Below, piece by piece: positions 33,157-47,375 of a DNA stretch of 64,000 nucleotides. This DNA is from the human T2T-CHM13v2.0 reference genome, Homo sapiens. Under the pieces are notes generated by a model that saw only the letters and a list, made by a program, of their open reading frames with translations, did not search any database and had not been told where the DNA came from. The stretch's first letter is position 1. Each line of letters begins with the position of its first letter. The translations under genes were made by a program, and so were the position numbers. The stretch is from the NCBI RefSeq assembly GCF_009914755.1, contig NC_060931.1. The stretch is one strand, 5' to 3'.

Positions 33157-35196
33157 TATTATCTTGTACTTTCTAACTGAGCCCTCTATTTTCTTTATTT
33201 TAATAATATTTCTCCCCACTTGAGAATCACTTGTTAGTTCTTGGTAGGAATTCAGTTGGGCAATGATAACTTTTATGGGCAAAAACATTCTATTATAGTG
33301 AACAAATGAAAATAACAGCGTATTTTCAATATTTTCTTATTCCTTAAATTCCACTCTTTTAACACTATGCTTAACCACTTAATGTGATGAAATATTCCTA
33401 AAAGTTAAATGACTATTAAAGCATATATTGTTGCATGTATATATTAAGTAGCCGATACTCTAAATAAAAATACCACTGTTACAGATAAATGGGGCCTTTA
33501 AAAATATGAAAAACAAACTTGTGAAAATGTATAAAAGATGCATCTGTTGTTTCAAATGGCACTATCTTCTTTTCAGTACTACAAAAACAGAATAATTTTG
33601 AAGTTTTAGAATAAATGTAATATATTTACTATAATTCTAAATGTTTAAATGCTTTTCTAAAAATGCAAAACTATGATGTTTAGTTGCTTTATTTTACCTC
33701 TATGTGATTATTTTTCTTAATTGTTATTTTTTATAATCATTATTTTTCTGAACCATTCTTCTGGCCTCAGAAGTAGGACTGAATTCTACTATTGCTAGGT
33801 GTGAGAAAGTGGTGGTGAGAACCTTAGAGCAGTGGAGATTTGCTACCTGGTCTGTGTTTTGAGAAGTGCCCCTTAGAAAGTTAAAAGAATGTAGAAAAGA
33901 TACTCAGTCTTAATCCTATGCAAAAAAAAAAAATCAAGTAATTGTTTTCCTATGAGGAAAATAACCATGAGCTGTATCATGCTACTTAGCTTTTATGTAA
34001 ATATTTCTTATGTCTCCTCTATTAAGAGTATTTAAAATCATATTTAAATATGAATCTATTCATGCTAACATTATTTTTCAAAACATACATGGAAATTTAG
34101 CCCAGATTGTCTACATATAAGGTTTTTATTTGAATTGTAAAATATTTAAAAGTATGAATAAAATATATTTATAGGTATTTATCAGAGATGATTATTTTGT
34201 GCTACATACAGGTTGGCTAATGAGCTCTAGTGTTAAACTACCTGATTAATTTCTTATAAAGCAGCATAACCTTGGCTTGATTAAGGAATTCTACTTTCAA
34301 AAATTAATCTGATAATAGTAACAAGGTATATTATACTTTCATTACAATCAAATTATAGAAATTACTTGTGTAAAAGGGCTTCAAGAATATATCCAATTTT
34401 TAAATATTTTAATATATCTCCTATCTGATAACTTAATTCTTCTAAATTACCACTTGCCATTAAGCTATTTCATAATAAATTCTGTACAGTTTCCCCCAAA
34501 AAAAGAGATTTATTTATGAAATATTTAAAGTTTCTAATGTGGTATTTTAAATAAAGTATCATAAATGTAATAAGTAAATATTTATTTAGGAATACTGTGA
34601 ACACTGAACTAATTATTCCTGTGTCAGTCTATGAAATCCCTGTTTTGAAATAAGTAAACAGCCTAAAATGTGTTGAAATTATTTTGTAAATCCATGACTT
34701 AAAACAAGATACATACATAGTATAACACACCTCACAGTGTTAAGATTTATATTGTGAAATGAGACACCCTACCTTCAATTGTTCATCAGTGGGTAAAACA
34801 AATTCTGATGTACATTCAGGACAAATGATTAGCCCTAAATGAAACTGTAATAATTTCAGTGGAAACTCAATCTGTTTTTACCTTTAAACAGTGAATTTTA
34901 CATGAATGAATGGGTTCTTCACTTTTTTTTTAGTATGAGAAAATTATACAGTGCTTAATTTTCAGAGATTCTTTCCATATGTTACTAAAAAATGTTTTGT
35001 TCAGCCTAACATACTGAGTTTTTTTTAACTTTCTAAATTATTGAATTTCCATCATGCATTCATCCAAAATTAAGGCAGACTGTTTGGATTCTTCCAGTGG
35101 CCAGATGAGCTAAATTAAATCACAAAAGCAGATGCTTTTGTATGATCTCCAAATTGCCAACTTTAAGGAAATATTCTCTTGAAATTGTCTTTAAAG

Positions 35197-35271
35197 ATCT
35201 TTTGCAGCTTTGCAGATACCCAGACTGAGCTGGAACTGGAATTTGTCTTCCTATTGACTCTACTTCTTTAA
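35197..35271 (+). CDS. STEAP2: STEAP2 alternative terminal coding exon (454-aa isoform stop 35226-28; 419-aa isoform stop 35269-71)
   Basis: TCTTTAAAG|ATC acceptor; from donor 30789 gives ...SIVIL-DLLQLCRYPD*; from donor 28341 gives ...FIQ-IFCSFADTQTELELEFVFLLTLLL*. Confidence 0.85.
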   Translation: MFCSFADTQTELELEFVFLLTLLL

Positions 35272-35896
35272 AAGCGGCTGCCCATTACATTCCTCAGCTG
35301 TCCTTGCAGTTAGGTGTACATGTGACTGAGTGTTGGCCAGTGAGATGAAGTCTCCTCAAAGGAAGGCAGCATGTGTCCTTTTTCATCCCTTCATCTTGCT
35401 GCTGGGATTGTGGATATAACAGGAGCCCTGGCAGCTGTCTCCAGAGGATCAAAGCCACACCCAAAGAGTAAGGCAGATTAGAGACCAGAAAGACCTTGAC
35501 TACTTCCCTACTTCCACTGCTTTTTCCTGCATTTAAGCCATTGTAAATCTGGGTGTGTTACATGAAGTGAAAATTAATTCTTTCTGCCCTTCAGTTCTTT
35601 ATCCTGATACCATTTAACACTGTCTGAATTAACTAGACTGCAATAATTCTTTCTTTTGAAAGCTTTTAAAGGATAATGTGCAATTCACATTAAAATTGAT
35701 TTTCCATTGTCAATTAGTTATACTCATTTTCCTGCCTTGATCTTTCATTAGATATTTTGTATCTGCTTGGAATATATTATCTTCTTTTTAACTGTGTAAT
35801 TGGTAATTACTAAAACTCTGTAATCTCCAAAATATTGCTATCAAATTACACACCATGTTTTCTATCATTCTCATAGATCTGCCTTATAAACATTTA

Positions 35897-35902
35897 AATA
35901 AA
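35897..35902 (+). terminator. STEAP2: Distal STEAP2 poly(A) signal AATAAA
   Basis: AATAAA followed about 25-45 nt later by a GT/T-rich element (ctgttttgaaatgttgt). Confidence 0.7.
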
Positions 35903-36616
35903 AAGTACTATTTAATGATTTAACTTCTGTTTTGAAATGTTGTATACACGTGGATTTTTTTCTCATTAAATAATAATTCTAGTATTTGATGGAGGCCTTC
36001 TAATACTTTTCTGAGTTATTTCTTTTCAGAAGCATCCAGAAAGCAATACATGTGATAGTTATGGAGGGGTTTTGTTTGTTTTTACTAAAATAGTCATTTA
36101 GAAAAACCTCCATTTACATTTATTTTATTACATTATTTCATTTTACTAGCATTCATTAAGCATCTTTAAATCAGAACACACACAATATTCAAGCTATTCT
36201 GTAAACTCCCCGTAGCAGAAATTTTGTCTTATTTACTACTAAATCCCCAGTATCTAGTATAATGTGATCTATGATGGATACTAAAGAGATATTATAATAA
36301 ATAATTACCCATTTTTACAGAAAATTATGTTTTTTATCATCCCGCATCCATGCAGCCATGCCTACATCCTCTTGCCTCTTCCTCATGCCTTGCCTCCTGG
36401 CCAGTGGCCTAGCGCTACCCTGTTGTCCTAAAGAGTTTCTGCTGCTGCTGCTGCCACTACCACCACCACCACACTGCTATATGTTGAGGAGTCCTGTACA
36501 CTGTGCCACTGACAAGGAGTAACTGACCTTTGTGCCTGTGCACCAGATCTGTCTGTGGAGGTTCTGGCTTCCCCAGCTGCTGCCTGGAAATGCTTAGGTG
36601 CTAATATCCTGAGAGG

Positions 36617-36732
36617 AGGATTGTCAGGTAAAATACAGGACTCTCAGTTAAATTTGAATTGCAGACAAACAATAAATTACTTTTTATTATAAGCATGGGC
36701 TTTTTAAAATTTTTCTAAATCTGGCAACCCTA
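36617..36732. mobile_element. MER3/MER33-type hAT-Charlie fossil
   Basis: Degenerate TIRs GGATTGTCAG.../...CTGGCAACCCT. Confidence 0.6.
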
Positions 36733-37386
36733 CTTAAGGAGTGAACTTTGATCAAGGAGGTACAGCACAAAATGAAGCTAGTAGATAAATTCTCCCTTCC
36801 TTTCCCCCAGATAGGCTGTTCTAAAGTGCAATAATTCATAAGACCTTCATGAAAATATCCTCAAAGACCGAGCAATTAACTGCACTTGTTGCAAAGCTAT
36901 GACAAGCTCACTAACACCTGTGTTTGTGTTCCCTTCTCCTACTGCCTCACTTCCATGTTTTTCCTCACTTCTGTTTCTCAGAGATAGTACTCCCCATAGA
37001 GTGGCAGCAGGTGAGTGTTGGTGTTGTTTGTTTATGGCAGGCTTGGGGAACCTAGACTAGTACAGTACTTTTGGTAGTGGATTCTTCTAATGGGAAGTGA
37101 AACAAGAGACAAATGATGACTTTGAGAAAGTCAGGCACGGGACCCTGCAGACTCAAAATCCAGATTTGTTGAGACCCCTGAGAGTAGAAAAACCCCTCAG
37201 GGGCAGATTCACATTGATCAAATGTACAGTCATACACTGTTAAATCAAAATAGTAACTCAGCACTACTGTGTGAAATATCAGTGTCCTGTAGGCGAGAAT
37301 ACCATTTGTGCCTTGATTAAACATACTTTATTCTTGAATCTGCTGTTTATAAGAATTGAAGTTATAATTCAAAAGATACTGGGATC

Positions 37387-37756
37387 TGTTATGGGCTGAA
37401 CTGTGTTTCCTCAAAATTGATACATTGAAATCCTAACTCCCACACTACCTCAGAATGTATTTGGAGATAGGATCTTTAAAGAGGTAAAGTGAGGTCATAC
37501 AGTTGGGCCCTAATCCAGTATGACTGGTGTCCTCATAAGAAGAGGAGATTAGGAATCAGGCATGCACAGAGGGAAGACCACGTGAAGTAAAAGGGAGAAG
37601 ACGGCATGCCAAGGAGAGATGCCTCGAGATGAAACCAATCCTGCCAACACCTTAGTCTTCAACTTCTAGCCTCCAGAACTGTAACAAAATAAATTTCTGT
37701 TGTTAAAGCCACCCAGTCTGTGGTATTTGTTACAGCAGTCTTCAAAAACTAATACA
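37387..37756 (+). mobile_element. MLT1 (MLT1B-like) MaLR LTR
   Basis: tgttatgggctgaactgtgt...aataaatttctgttgttaaagccacccagtctgtggt...ctaataca. Confidence 0.85.
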
Positions 37757-38298
37757 AGGTTCATAGAATCAAAACAAGTCAATTTAGATATAGAACTCAA
37801 ATAATTAATGTCATTGGAACAAACCTGTCTGATTAATCTTGCTCCACAACAAAGACAGTTCTATCCTGGGGTTATTGCACTATAACTACCCACCATTTAA
37901 ACACAATAAATAGTTGTTCTAAAATCTCGGGAACATTTTTTTTTCATATAATTATTCCCATGTCATGGAACTGAAGCTTTGGGTAAAAGCGCTTTATAAA
38001 TTCTTCTTTTAATTTTTTTTACTTTCAATTTGTTTACTTTTCCACTAAACACGAGTAGTTCCTGCAGCTTCCTACTTAAAAATCACTTGCAGTTTGGGTT
38101 ATTGTTAGTATACTTTTCATTAGAATGGTTGTCTTCAGGGGTGACTATTCTTTTACTTTCGTTTTCTGTTCCACGTGCTTATTCTTCCCAAATGTACATT
38201 AATGATTCTGTTGGAAAGAGGTAATTACTTTTGTTTTGTTTTTAGGCTTTGTTTCTGTGCTGTCAACCTGAAAAAGTTTTTTAAAACAGTGAAGTATA

Positions 38299-38602
38299 GG
38301 CTGGGAGCGGTGGCTCACGCCTGTGATCCTAGCACTTTGGGAGGCCAAAGTGGGCAGATCGTTTGAACCCAGGAGTTCAAGACCAACCTGGGCAATATGG
38401 TGAAACCCCATCTCTACAAAAAACAACAAAAATTAGCCAGACACGGTGGCACACACTTGTAGTTCCAGCTGCTCGTGAGGCTAAGGTGGGAGGTGGGAGG
38501 ATCACCTGAGCCCAGGGAGGTCAGGGCTGCAGTGAGCAGAGATCACGCCACTGCACCCCAGCCTGGGTGACAGAGTGAGACCCTGTCTCAAAAAAAAAAA
38601 AA
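38299..38602 (+). mobile_element. AluJ/Sz
   Basis: Full two-arm Alu; AAGTATA flanking repeat. Confidence 0.9.
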
Positions 38603-39510
38603 TTAAGTATAATAAATTCTGGTTTTGTATGCATTTCTTCTCTTACAGAATTTCCCTAAAGCTAACCTACTAAAAACTATGACTAGATTTCATATGTGCT
38701 ATAAACATTCTTTATTTAAAATAAATTACTCTAATTCAGAAAGGAATAACATTTGCTTGCACATTTAGAACATCTGGCATTAGAGACTATAAAATTCATA
38801 TATAGTCTCAAATACTTATTAGACATATTCTTAATTCAAGAATATATAATTATTCATATGATTAGAAATAATTATAATTTTACTAAACATTGCTAATTAG
38901 GCAGAGTACAAACAAGAAAAAGTCAGAAGGAAAATAGAACCACAATTTGCAATATATTTATTTTAAAACATTTTTAGCTTTCTTTGTTACTTTTAAAAGT
39001 AAAACTTGTAAGTCAATATATTATTAAAACTACTAGTTAATCTTTAAGTCTACAGGTGCTACTAAGAAATTGCAATTTGTAACTTAACAGAGATATTAAA
39101 TTCTGTAGAATTGTTACCACATTCAAGCATTTCTATTCTGTAGGTATAACTCATTTCCCATGTTTCTCTGCTATTTATCTTTTTGCTGAAATAATTTACT
39201 CCTTCAGTAGTCATTTCACCCTTTCACCCTTCTGTGTTTTTGTGTCATAACAGAAGAATCACTAAATAATGATTAAAATTAAGTCAACATACCAAATATA
39301 AAGTTAAAGCTTTTATGAAGCTTAATCTTTGTGCACTTACCAAGAAGAAAAGTAAACCCACTATTATTTGGGAACAAAGGACTTGGAAAATCCACGAATG
39401 GAATAATTAGTGAAAACCAGTTTTATGGATGCTGTTAAAACTACTCCAAAGCAATAATAATGACAACACACATAAACATACACACACACACACACACACT
39501 CACACACATG

Positions 39511-40010
39511 AGCAGTGCTTCTCAAATTTTGATGTGAGGCTGAGGATCTTGAGAGATCAGAATCTCAGAATGGAGATTCTGAGTCAGTAGGTCCACCAGG
39601 CGGCAAGAGAGTCTCCATTCCTAACAGAGTCCCTAGTAATGCCAGTGCAAGTAGCCCAAGGACCCCATTTTGAGTAGCAAGGACCTGGAGTATTTACCTT
39701 ACTTTGGATAACTTACAAAATGCTTTAATTTGGCTTCAAATCAAAATAAAAAGTAATTTATAATCCTTGAGATCTTTTAATGAACATTTTTTGAGTGACT
39801 AGTATGATATGGACCAGGAAGTCCCAAAGTATGTTCTCCAGACCAATAGCATCAACATTGTTTGGGAACTGGTTAAAAGCACATATCCTTGGGCCTCACC
39901 CAGACTTACTGAAGCAGAGACTCTGCAGGTAGGGCTTGAGATTCTGTTTTAACTATTTCTCCAGACGATTCTGATACACATTAGGTTTTGAAAACTACTG
40001 CTCTAGACAG
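39511..40010. mobile_element. Two MER5-type fossils (~39511-39690 and ~39810-40010) after a (CA)n tract
   Basis: gcagtgcttctcaaatttt..., cttgggcctcacccagacttactgaa...gttttgaaaactactgctctaga. Confidence 0.6.
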
Positions 40011-41828
40011 TATGCTGAGGGTCTGGGGTGCATATCAAAGTGACTCTCAAGAATCTCAGTACAGTAGGAAGGGGTCCAATTGCTGAACCAGTTGATACCA
40101 TTAAGTATGTGATGAGTACAAAAACAGAATGACAGACAAGGTTGCACCCAACACAGCAAAGGATGTAAAGGTTTCCTAGAAAATGTCATGTTAACTGAAT
40201 TTCATAGGGATTAGCCATCTGAAGACGGTGGCATGTACAACATAATGCAAATGTTATGCGGGAGGAAACCTGCTGGCACCTTTCGAAAACTGCAGTAATT
40301 CACCCAAGATGGCTGGCTGTGGGGTGTTTGAAGACTCCTCTACCCTTGTCCTTCTCACCTGTCCATGAGTAAAACAAATACCGTTAGAGCTAGAAAAAAA
40401 AAATTACAAAGCTGAGTCTATTAACTTGCCAAGCAAGAGAACTTACTCCATGAAGAATTTCACTGAGGAGGGAAAGTCAGGGGTTTTTAAATGTTAGAAG
40501 TGGGGAGCTTATGGGGCTTATGCTAATTAAGCATTGGAAACTGGCACTCTGGATATGGGGCAGAATGAATATATAGGTCTCTACACCATTGGTTAAATAA
40601 AATAAATATCCCATTGTTCACTAGTCAGGAAAGTCTCTTCAGTTAGGTCCAGTGAGGAAGGTGCCTGTCTAAGGTTACTGAGGCTTAAAGACCCTTATCA
40701 GCTTCAGCCTGTGGTGTTAAAATACAAGAGTCAGTTGATGTCTCCTAGGCAAGCTCTACTTTAAGTGGAAATTTTTCCTTTCCCCTCCCTCCTCTTCATC
40801 TTTCCTGATCCTGAGATGCTAGGATGACCACACAAAGGATATGCAAATAATCCAATTGTCAGCTCTCTGCCACCATCTTGGTTTGGGGTGCCATTCCACA
40901 GGATTCCATTGTATTCATCCAAGTAGTTTCAGTCTCCTTTCGATGTGGTTTACTTGGACTGTGTAACAGCAATTTAAGTCATATGAATAAAACACTTAAC
41001 ATGCTTTGCACTTTCCCTAGGTGGAAGCAACCTTAGACCTACTAAACTGCCCTCTAGATGTAATAAGGCCTAAGAATGGTTCTAAAGATATCTATCAGTA
41101 GCTAGGCAGCAGAGTGGTGCAGCAGAAGCATGCTGGGCCCATAAAGATACCAATGAGTAGCTGTAGAGATGAAAGAAAAACAAAAAGAATGTGGAAGCCT
41201 AGGCAAGGGGGTTGTAAAAAGAGGAGAGGGGTCAACAGTGTAAAATACTACAGACTAGTATAACAGGATGAGAACTGAAAAATGTTAATAGACTTTGACC
41301 CCAAGTGTTGGTGATCTCACAGTTTCAGAGGGCTGAGGATGAGAAAAGCGGAAGAATGACTAGAAGTGTGGAAACAGGTGCTAGAAATGCTCACTACTCT
41401 CAACAAAACTTGGTCTCTTCGGCTAGGATTTACAATCAAATGCTGCCAGTCCTAATCTAGTGTTACCATTTTTCTTTTAGGGCCAGAAATATTCAACGTC
41501 TGAGGCAGAAGGAACCTTCAAAATCACTTATCAACCTCATTCTAGAAATGAGGAGAGAAGCTCTGAGAAGTGAAGTAATATTTATTTTCATTGAATTTAT
41601 ATGTAATTTTAAATTCATAAATTCTATGGAAGATACAAAAATGCACGTTTAAATCTTGAATAATTTTTGAAAGTTTAAAAAACAGATTAAAAGAGTTAGA
41701 GTTTTTTAAATTTTCAGTTATGGTGTTTGAGTTATTAAATTATACTGATGATCATCATGAGAAGCTTTCCATTATAGTCTTGACCCTTCTTGTATTATTA
41801 TTCAGTCTACAATGGATAGGCAACAACA

Positions 41829-42920
41829 TGTCAACTGAAAAATCATAAGATCTATAAATTTAGAAAGGAGACTTTGTTTCTTATAATGAGTTACAACCTG
41901 CAGGCTGGCCATTCTGCAGGCTGGGAAGCCCAGGCTCCCACAGAGACAGTCAACAGGCACTTTGAAGGAGGTGGGGTTGGAGCAGAAGCTTTATGCTGAA
42001 TGAGTTGGCTAAACAGACATATTCAACAGATTGTAAGAAGAGCTGTGAATCTTCACTAAGAGGGGTGCTGAATAAACATGCATGTGACATGCATCCCATG
42101 CTCACTGTGGAGTGGAAACTTAACATTTAAATGCATTACAGTCCCTATACATCAAAAGGAGAAGCAGAGACATGAATGTACTAGTGCTCAGTCTCTGTAA
42201 ACCTGCCAGAACCAGTCCATAGTGGGTGGTCTTTTATCAGGGGAAAGTTACTGAATCGGTCCCTTGTCCAATCAAACCTGCAGTTATGACTTGTGGAACA
42301 GGAGGGTCTTGTTAGTCAACATCTGGCCATGGATGAGCTGCAATTATTTCAATATTGCTTATGTCGAGGGCAGTTCTTATTTAACAGCTAGAGAAAAATA
42401 AAAACATTGCAGCAGTTAAAACAAAGGTTATTCTTTAAGTGTAGGTGTGAGTGACTTAACTCTTGCCTGGCATGGCCTTAGGTCTTGCTTATAATTTGTT
42501 ATTGCCACAGAGTCCATTCTGTTAGCCTTCTGATCTCCATTTTAACATTAATGCTGGTCAGTTGTTGAGTCTAAGCCCTCAAAGGGAGGGGGAGCCGAGC
42601 TTGGTGGCATGTGCACCTGTACTCCCAGCTATTCCCGAGGCTGAAGCGGGAGGATCGTTTGAGCCAGAGGTTGGAGGTTGCAGAGCTACGATCCTGCCAC
42701 TGCACTCCAGCCTGGGGTACACAGTGAGACCCTGTCTCAAAAAACCAGGGGTGAGGGGGACGTGAAAAGGGAGGAGGTAGGGGGGTATAGCGAGGCGTGT
42801 CCGTCCTTCCGTCCCGTCAGGGCGAGGAATTCAGCTTTTAAGGTTTATCGGGGGTCCTCTTGGCCAAAAGGGGGTCCGTTCAGTCGGTTGTGGGGCTTAG
42901 GATTTAATTTTTAGTTCTCA
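41829..42920 (-). mobile_element. ERV1 MER4-group solo LTR with a nested Alu right monomer (~42594-42745)
   Basis: TG...CA termini, 4-bp TSD AACA at 41825-28 and 42921-24; MER4-group end ggggggtccgttcagtcggttg...cttagg. Confidence 0.75.
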
Positions 42921-42924
42921 AACA

Positions 42925-43110
42925 GTAATAAAGATAATGATAATCTTGACCATACGGGATGCTGTGCCAAGCACCACTTAACAAACACTGTCATCTCATT
43001 CAATCCTCACAACAGTCCTATTTTACAGATGAGAAAAGTGAGACTTCAAGGGATAACTCGCTCTAGATTCAATAAACTGACTCAAAAGCCTTTTAACATT
43101 CTGTACAATA
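42925..43110 (-). mobile_element. MIR
   Basis: tctcattcaatcctcacaac...attttacagatgagaaaagtgag. Confidence 0.7.
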
Positions 43111-43229
43111 CCTTTTATGTTTGTTTATTTAACTGTCCAGTTGGGCCACTAAAGTACAGATAAAAGCTGGGGAATGTAAGCGAGACTGGTCACTTCCCTG
43201 GGGTGAGAGAAACGCTTTCAACACTATCC

Positions 43230-44150
43230 GTCCATCGTATCACGCCTAACGTATCCCATAGACATCCCTCACCCCTCCACCCACTCATGCCTGTTTGAAG
43301 CAAGACTATGAAGACCGAAACACACCGGGAGCCTAAGGCACCACTCCCCGCTACCTACCGAGGTGCATCCTGCAGGCTCCTTACCGCAAGCCTGCAAACT
43401 CGCCCTGCCGGGCGCGGAGTGCAATTAGGCTTTGGGGTGGTTTGGCTCTCCGGCTTTCCGTAGCCTCTGGCCCCGCCCCCTAGCAACGCGCTGGCTTGTG
43501 TTAACAACCGGCCCGGGATCAGAGGTCTGGGTCAACTGGGGGGCGGCAGCGGCGCTAAGCGGACTGTATGGCGGTGGCCTAGGCCCCTGGCGGAATTTTG
43601 GGACCTTTCGCGACTCTAGCGACTCTCAGGCTGCCTTCCCTTCTCGGTGGCGGGGCCTCTTTGGGCCCAGCGGCTGCGGGCGCACTGTAGGACAGGAAGA
43701 TCCCCCCACTCTCCACCCCGCCGCCACCGGCCATGTGGACAGAGGAAGCCGGGGCGACCGCCGAGGCCCAGGAATCCGGCATCAGGAACAAGTCTAGCAG
43801 TTCCAGTCAAATCCCGGTGGTTGGGGTGGTGACGGAGGACGATGAGGCGCAGGTATGAGCAGGTGTCTGTGCTTTCAGAGGTGGAGGGGGTGGGAGTGAA
43901 GTCTCGAGACGGGGTCCAGACCTGGGGGTGGCAAGGGTGGAACTGGGGACAGGAGTGAAGATGGGGGAAGCCGCGGGATGGAGATTCCAAGCGCAGAGCT
44001 AATCCTGATCCCCCACCCCCTGCGAACTGCACCGGTTACGAGGGGCTGGCTGTTGTCAACCATCCTGTCTGGGGACCAGCGCTGTGTGGTCCTCCTGGAG
44101 GGTCCTAGCAAACTGAGTAGGCGGGGTTTTGCCGCGCTTCTTCGAAAAGT
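43230..44150. promoter_or_regulatory. CFAP69: CpG island / CFAP69 promoter with GC box and RFX half-site
   Basis: CpG-rich; GGCCCCGCCCCC 43469-80 overlapping CCTAGCAAC 43479-87. Confidence 0.85.
43733..43852 (+). CDS. CFAP69: CFAP69 coding exon 1 (aa 1-40)
   Basis: GCCATG start; MWTEEAGATAEAQESGIRNKSSSSSQIPVVGVVTEDDEAQ; CAG|GTATGA donor. Confidence 0.95.
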
Positions 44151-45873
44151 GGTCATAGAGCTACAGGGAGGAAAGGAATCATTCTTAGCAAAATCTTGAT
44201 TTGATGACCTGATCAGTTTGAACTGAACTTTTTAATACGTAGATCCCTGTTACCGAGTGATGTTCTTGATATAGATGTAAATTTTCCCATGCTTAAATTT
44301 GCTGCGACTAAAGCCTGCACCCAGAGGGGAGGAAAACGCTGTTAAATTAGAAATTAAGCATTTTTAAAATATGAAATTGGAAGCTGGTTGTTACACGTTG
44401 GGTCGGAGAGAACCGGGAGAGAATAGAGTTGATTTGTTTTATTATGCTTGTACTGTATTTGGTTTTGGGTTTGCTTTTGTTATGAATACAAAATTCACTC
44501 TTGGAAGTTGATCTGTTGAGAAATTCCATTTGAGGCCCTTGGATCTCTATTCGAGGCGGAGGTGTTTAGAAACCCCAAGTTGTTTGTTTCCTACTAGGAT
44601 TCCATTGATCCCCCAGAGAGCCCTGATCGTGCCTTAAAAGCCGCGAATTCCTGGAGGAACCCTGTCCTGCCTCACACTAATGGTGTGGGGCCACTGTGGG
44701 AATTCCTGTTGAGGCTTCTCAAATCTCAGGCTGCGTCAGGAACCCTGTCTCTTGCGTTCACATCCTGGAGCCTTGGAGAGTTCCTTGGGAGTGGTCAGTT
44801 GACTGGGGAATAGAGTTGAGCTCTCTGAGGTCTGACATTTACGCAGTAACCTGCGGAGCAACAGCATTTTGCATGAGGAGAAATAGGTGTTAGGGGAATT
44901 TGCCTAATCGATTTTGTGGACCTATTCCCCTCTGGGCGGGGAGAATTTTGAGGAACAATAGCTCTCCACTCCCTGGGCTGCAAGAAAGATCAACAATACA
45001 GCCATACTCCCAGGCAAGGGGCAAAACTGAAAAGTATGTGAATTTGATAACTGATGGCTCTCAGTCTTCCTTTACTTGCTCCAAGAAAAATTGGGCAACG
45101 TTATACAAGGCAAGCAAGCGTGGATTTTTTTTTTTTTTTAGGGAAAAATACTTTTTAAAAGCCATTGCCAAAATAGTCCAAAACATACCAAATGAAACAA
45201 GTATACCTGTGTATATGTGTGTGCATTTTCTCCCCATTTTAATTTTCTTTCTTTTCTTTCATTACTACTGCTCTTTCCAGGGCCTAGGATTCTCTTCCAA
45301 GAAGAAAGCAATCAATTTGCATTAATTCATGTTTCTGACTTGTTAATTACTAATTCTAAGAGTAGTAACATTTTCGAAGTACTGAGGAAAAAGGTAGTTT
45401 CTCCCCAAAGAAATAGAATAGGAACTTTTTATAGCTGGGAGAAATCTTAGTGATCCTCAGCCTTCTTGTTTTTTGCCTGTGGTTGTTTTTACAAATGAGA
45501 ACCCTAAGTTCATGAGAAGTTAACTGAGTTACTCAGTTTCTTTACTCATAGAATGGGGGTCTAGAGACCCTGGAACGAAAAAATGATAACCTTTTAGGCC
45601 TCTGCCTTAGGCCAGTTTAGGAAAGATCCTGGGAACTGTTTCCAGTTCTTTCAAACCACTGCACATTTGCAAACTTCTCTTCTGCCTGTGTGTGCTTCTG
45701 AGACAGTATATCCTAGTGGCTAAAGGTGAGAGTATCACAACTACTTCAGTTCATTGTCAGCTTCATCACTTACCAGCTATGTGACCAAAGACCAGTATCT
45801 TAACCTTTCTATCAAATGGAGATAATGACAGTACTCATGTCCATTGTAAAGATTAAATTAAATAATATATATA

Positions 45874-46199
<326 letters not shown>

Positions 46200-47375
46200 T
46201 TATACAATAATATAGAGAACTTATAGAGAGACCTATATATATAATTGAAAACAAGCAGTTATCAACATCATCATTGTCATTGTCATCATCCTTTATCCAG
46301 GGAACTAGAGCTCATAAAGTTATTTGGGCCTTAAAGCTAAGGGATTCTCTAGAATTCTGATTGTTCCCACTGGCTTCCAGGATGTGAGAGTGAGACTGGA
46401 TGCCCCTGAAATCTTACTTGCTTTAATGCAGATTTCGGTCTGCTCACTTTATCCCTTCAGAGATGTTTCTAAGTTGCAGCTGGATTTCCTAATATAGAAA
46501 TGCTACTTTGGCTACCTGGGCTTTTGATAGCTGTTTTATATCATTTTCTTTATTACAGACCTAAATTGAACCTTTCAGTTACCCTAACCTTAGTTTTTAG
46601 TAATTAAAGAAATAGGCTTGAATATTGCTGCCTAAGGCAGCAGGTAAAATGTACGGGTTATTTTGCTGATTTTTCTGTGTGTATGCTTTACTTCTGCATT
46701 AAGTGGTATTTTTTTCCTGCATCTTTCACAAAAATAACTTTGTAAAAGGCAATAGCGCCTATAAATTCTATCTAAGCTACTACAAATGATATTCACAGAG
46801 TATTAGATTTTTCTAACTTTAATAACTTTGAAATGTTCTCTGATAGAATTATGGAAAATGTAAATATAGATTATGAGTAAAGTTATTAGTAAATAGGGAA
46901 AACAATAGTTTAGGAATCTGGGATTTTGAATTGTTATTTTCATTCCATGTTGTGAACTTCTCATAGACATATTCTATGTAAACATTATATCTTCAAATTT
47001 TCTCTCTATAAAAATTTTGATAATCCCTACTGTAGTGATTCCAGCGTCTTCTTTTTTAAAGTGATTATCATACTTTTCCAGTTTCGAAACAATAAAATAG
47101 TACCAGAATTTTGGTGGCCATTTTCTAATTGTGAGGAACTTAGGACATGTTGCTTGCCCTTTCTGTGTCTGTTTCCTCATCTGTAAAAGATATTTTTAGA
47201 AATGCCTACCTCATCGAATTATTGTGAGAATTAAAGTATTTGTAAGGCATTTAGCACAGTGCCCAGCACATACATTCCAAGTGCCCCATAAATGGTAACT
47301 TTCTGCTATTATTAATGACTCTAGTCATAACAGCTTTATTAAATTATTAAATAAATTCAGATGATATTTACAGGG

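Noticed and set aside
39558-39581. 9-bp inverted repeat CAGAATCTC/GAGATTCTG
   Set aside because: Inside a MER5 fossil, which is palindromic by nature; too short to imply function.
43432-44199. ORFs over the CFAP69 CpG island
   Set aside because: The real exon 1 (43733-43852) is in a different frame; the others are GC-rich chance ORFs.
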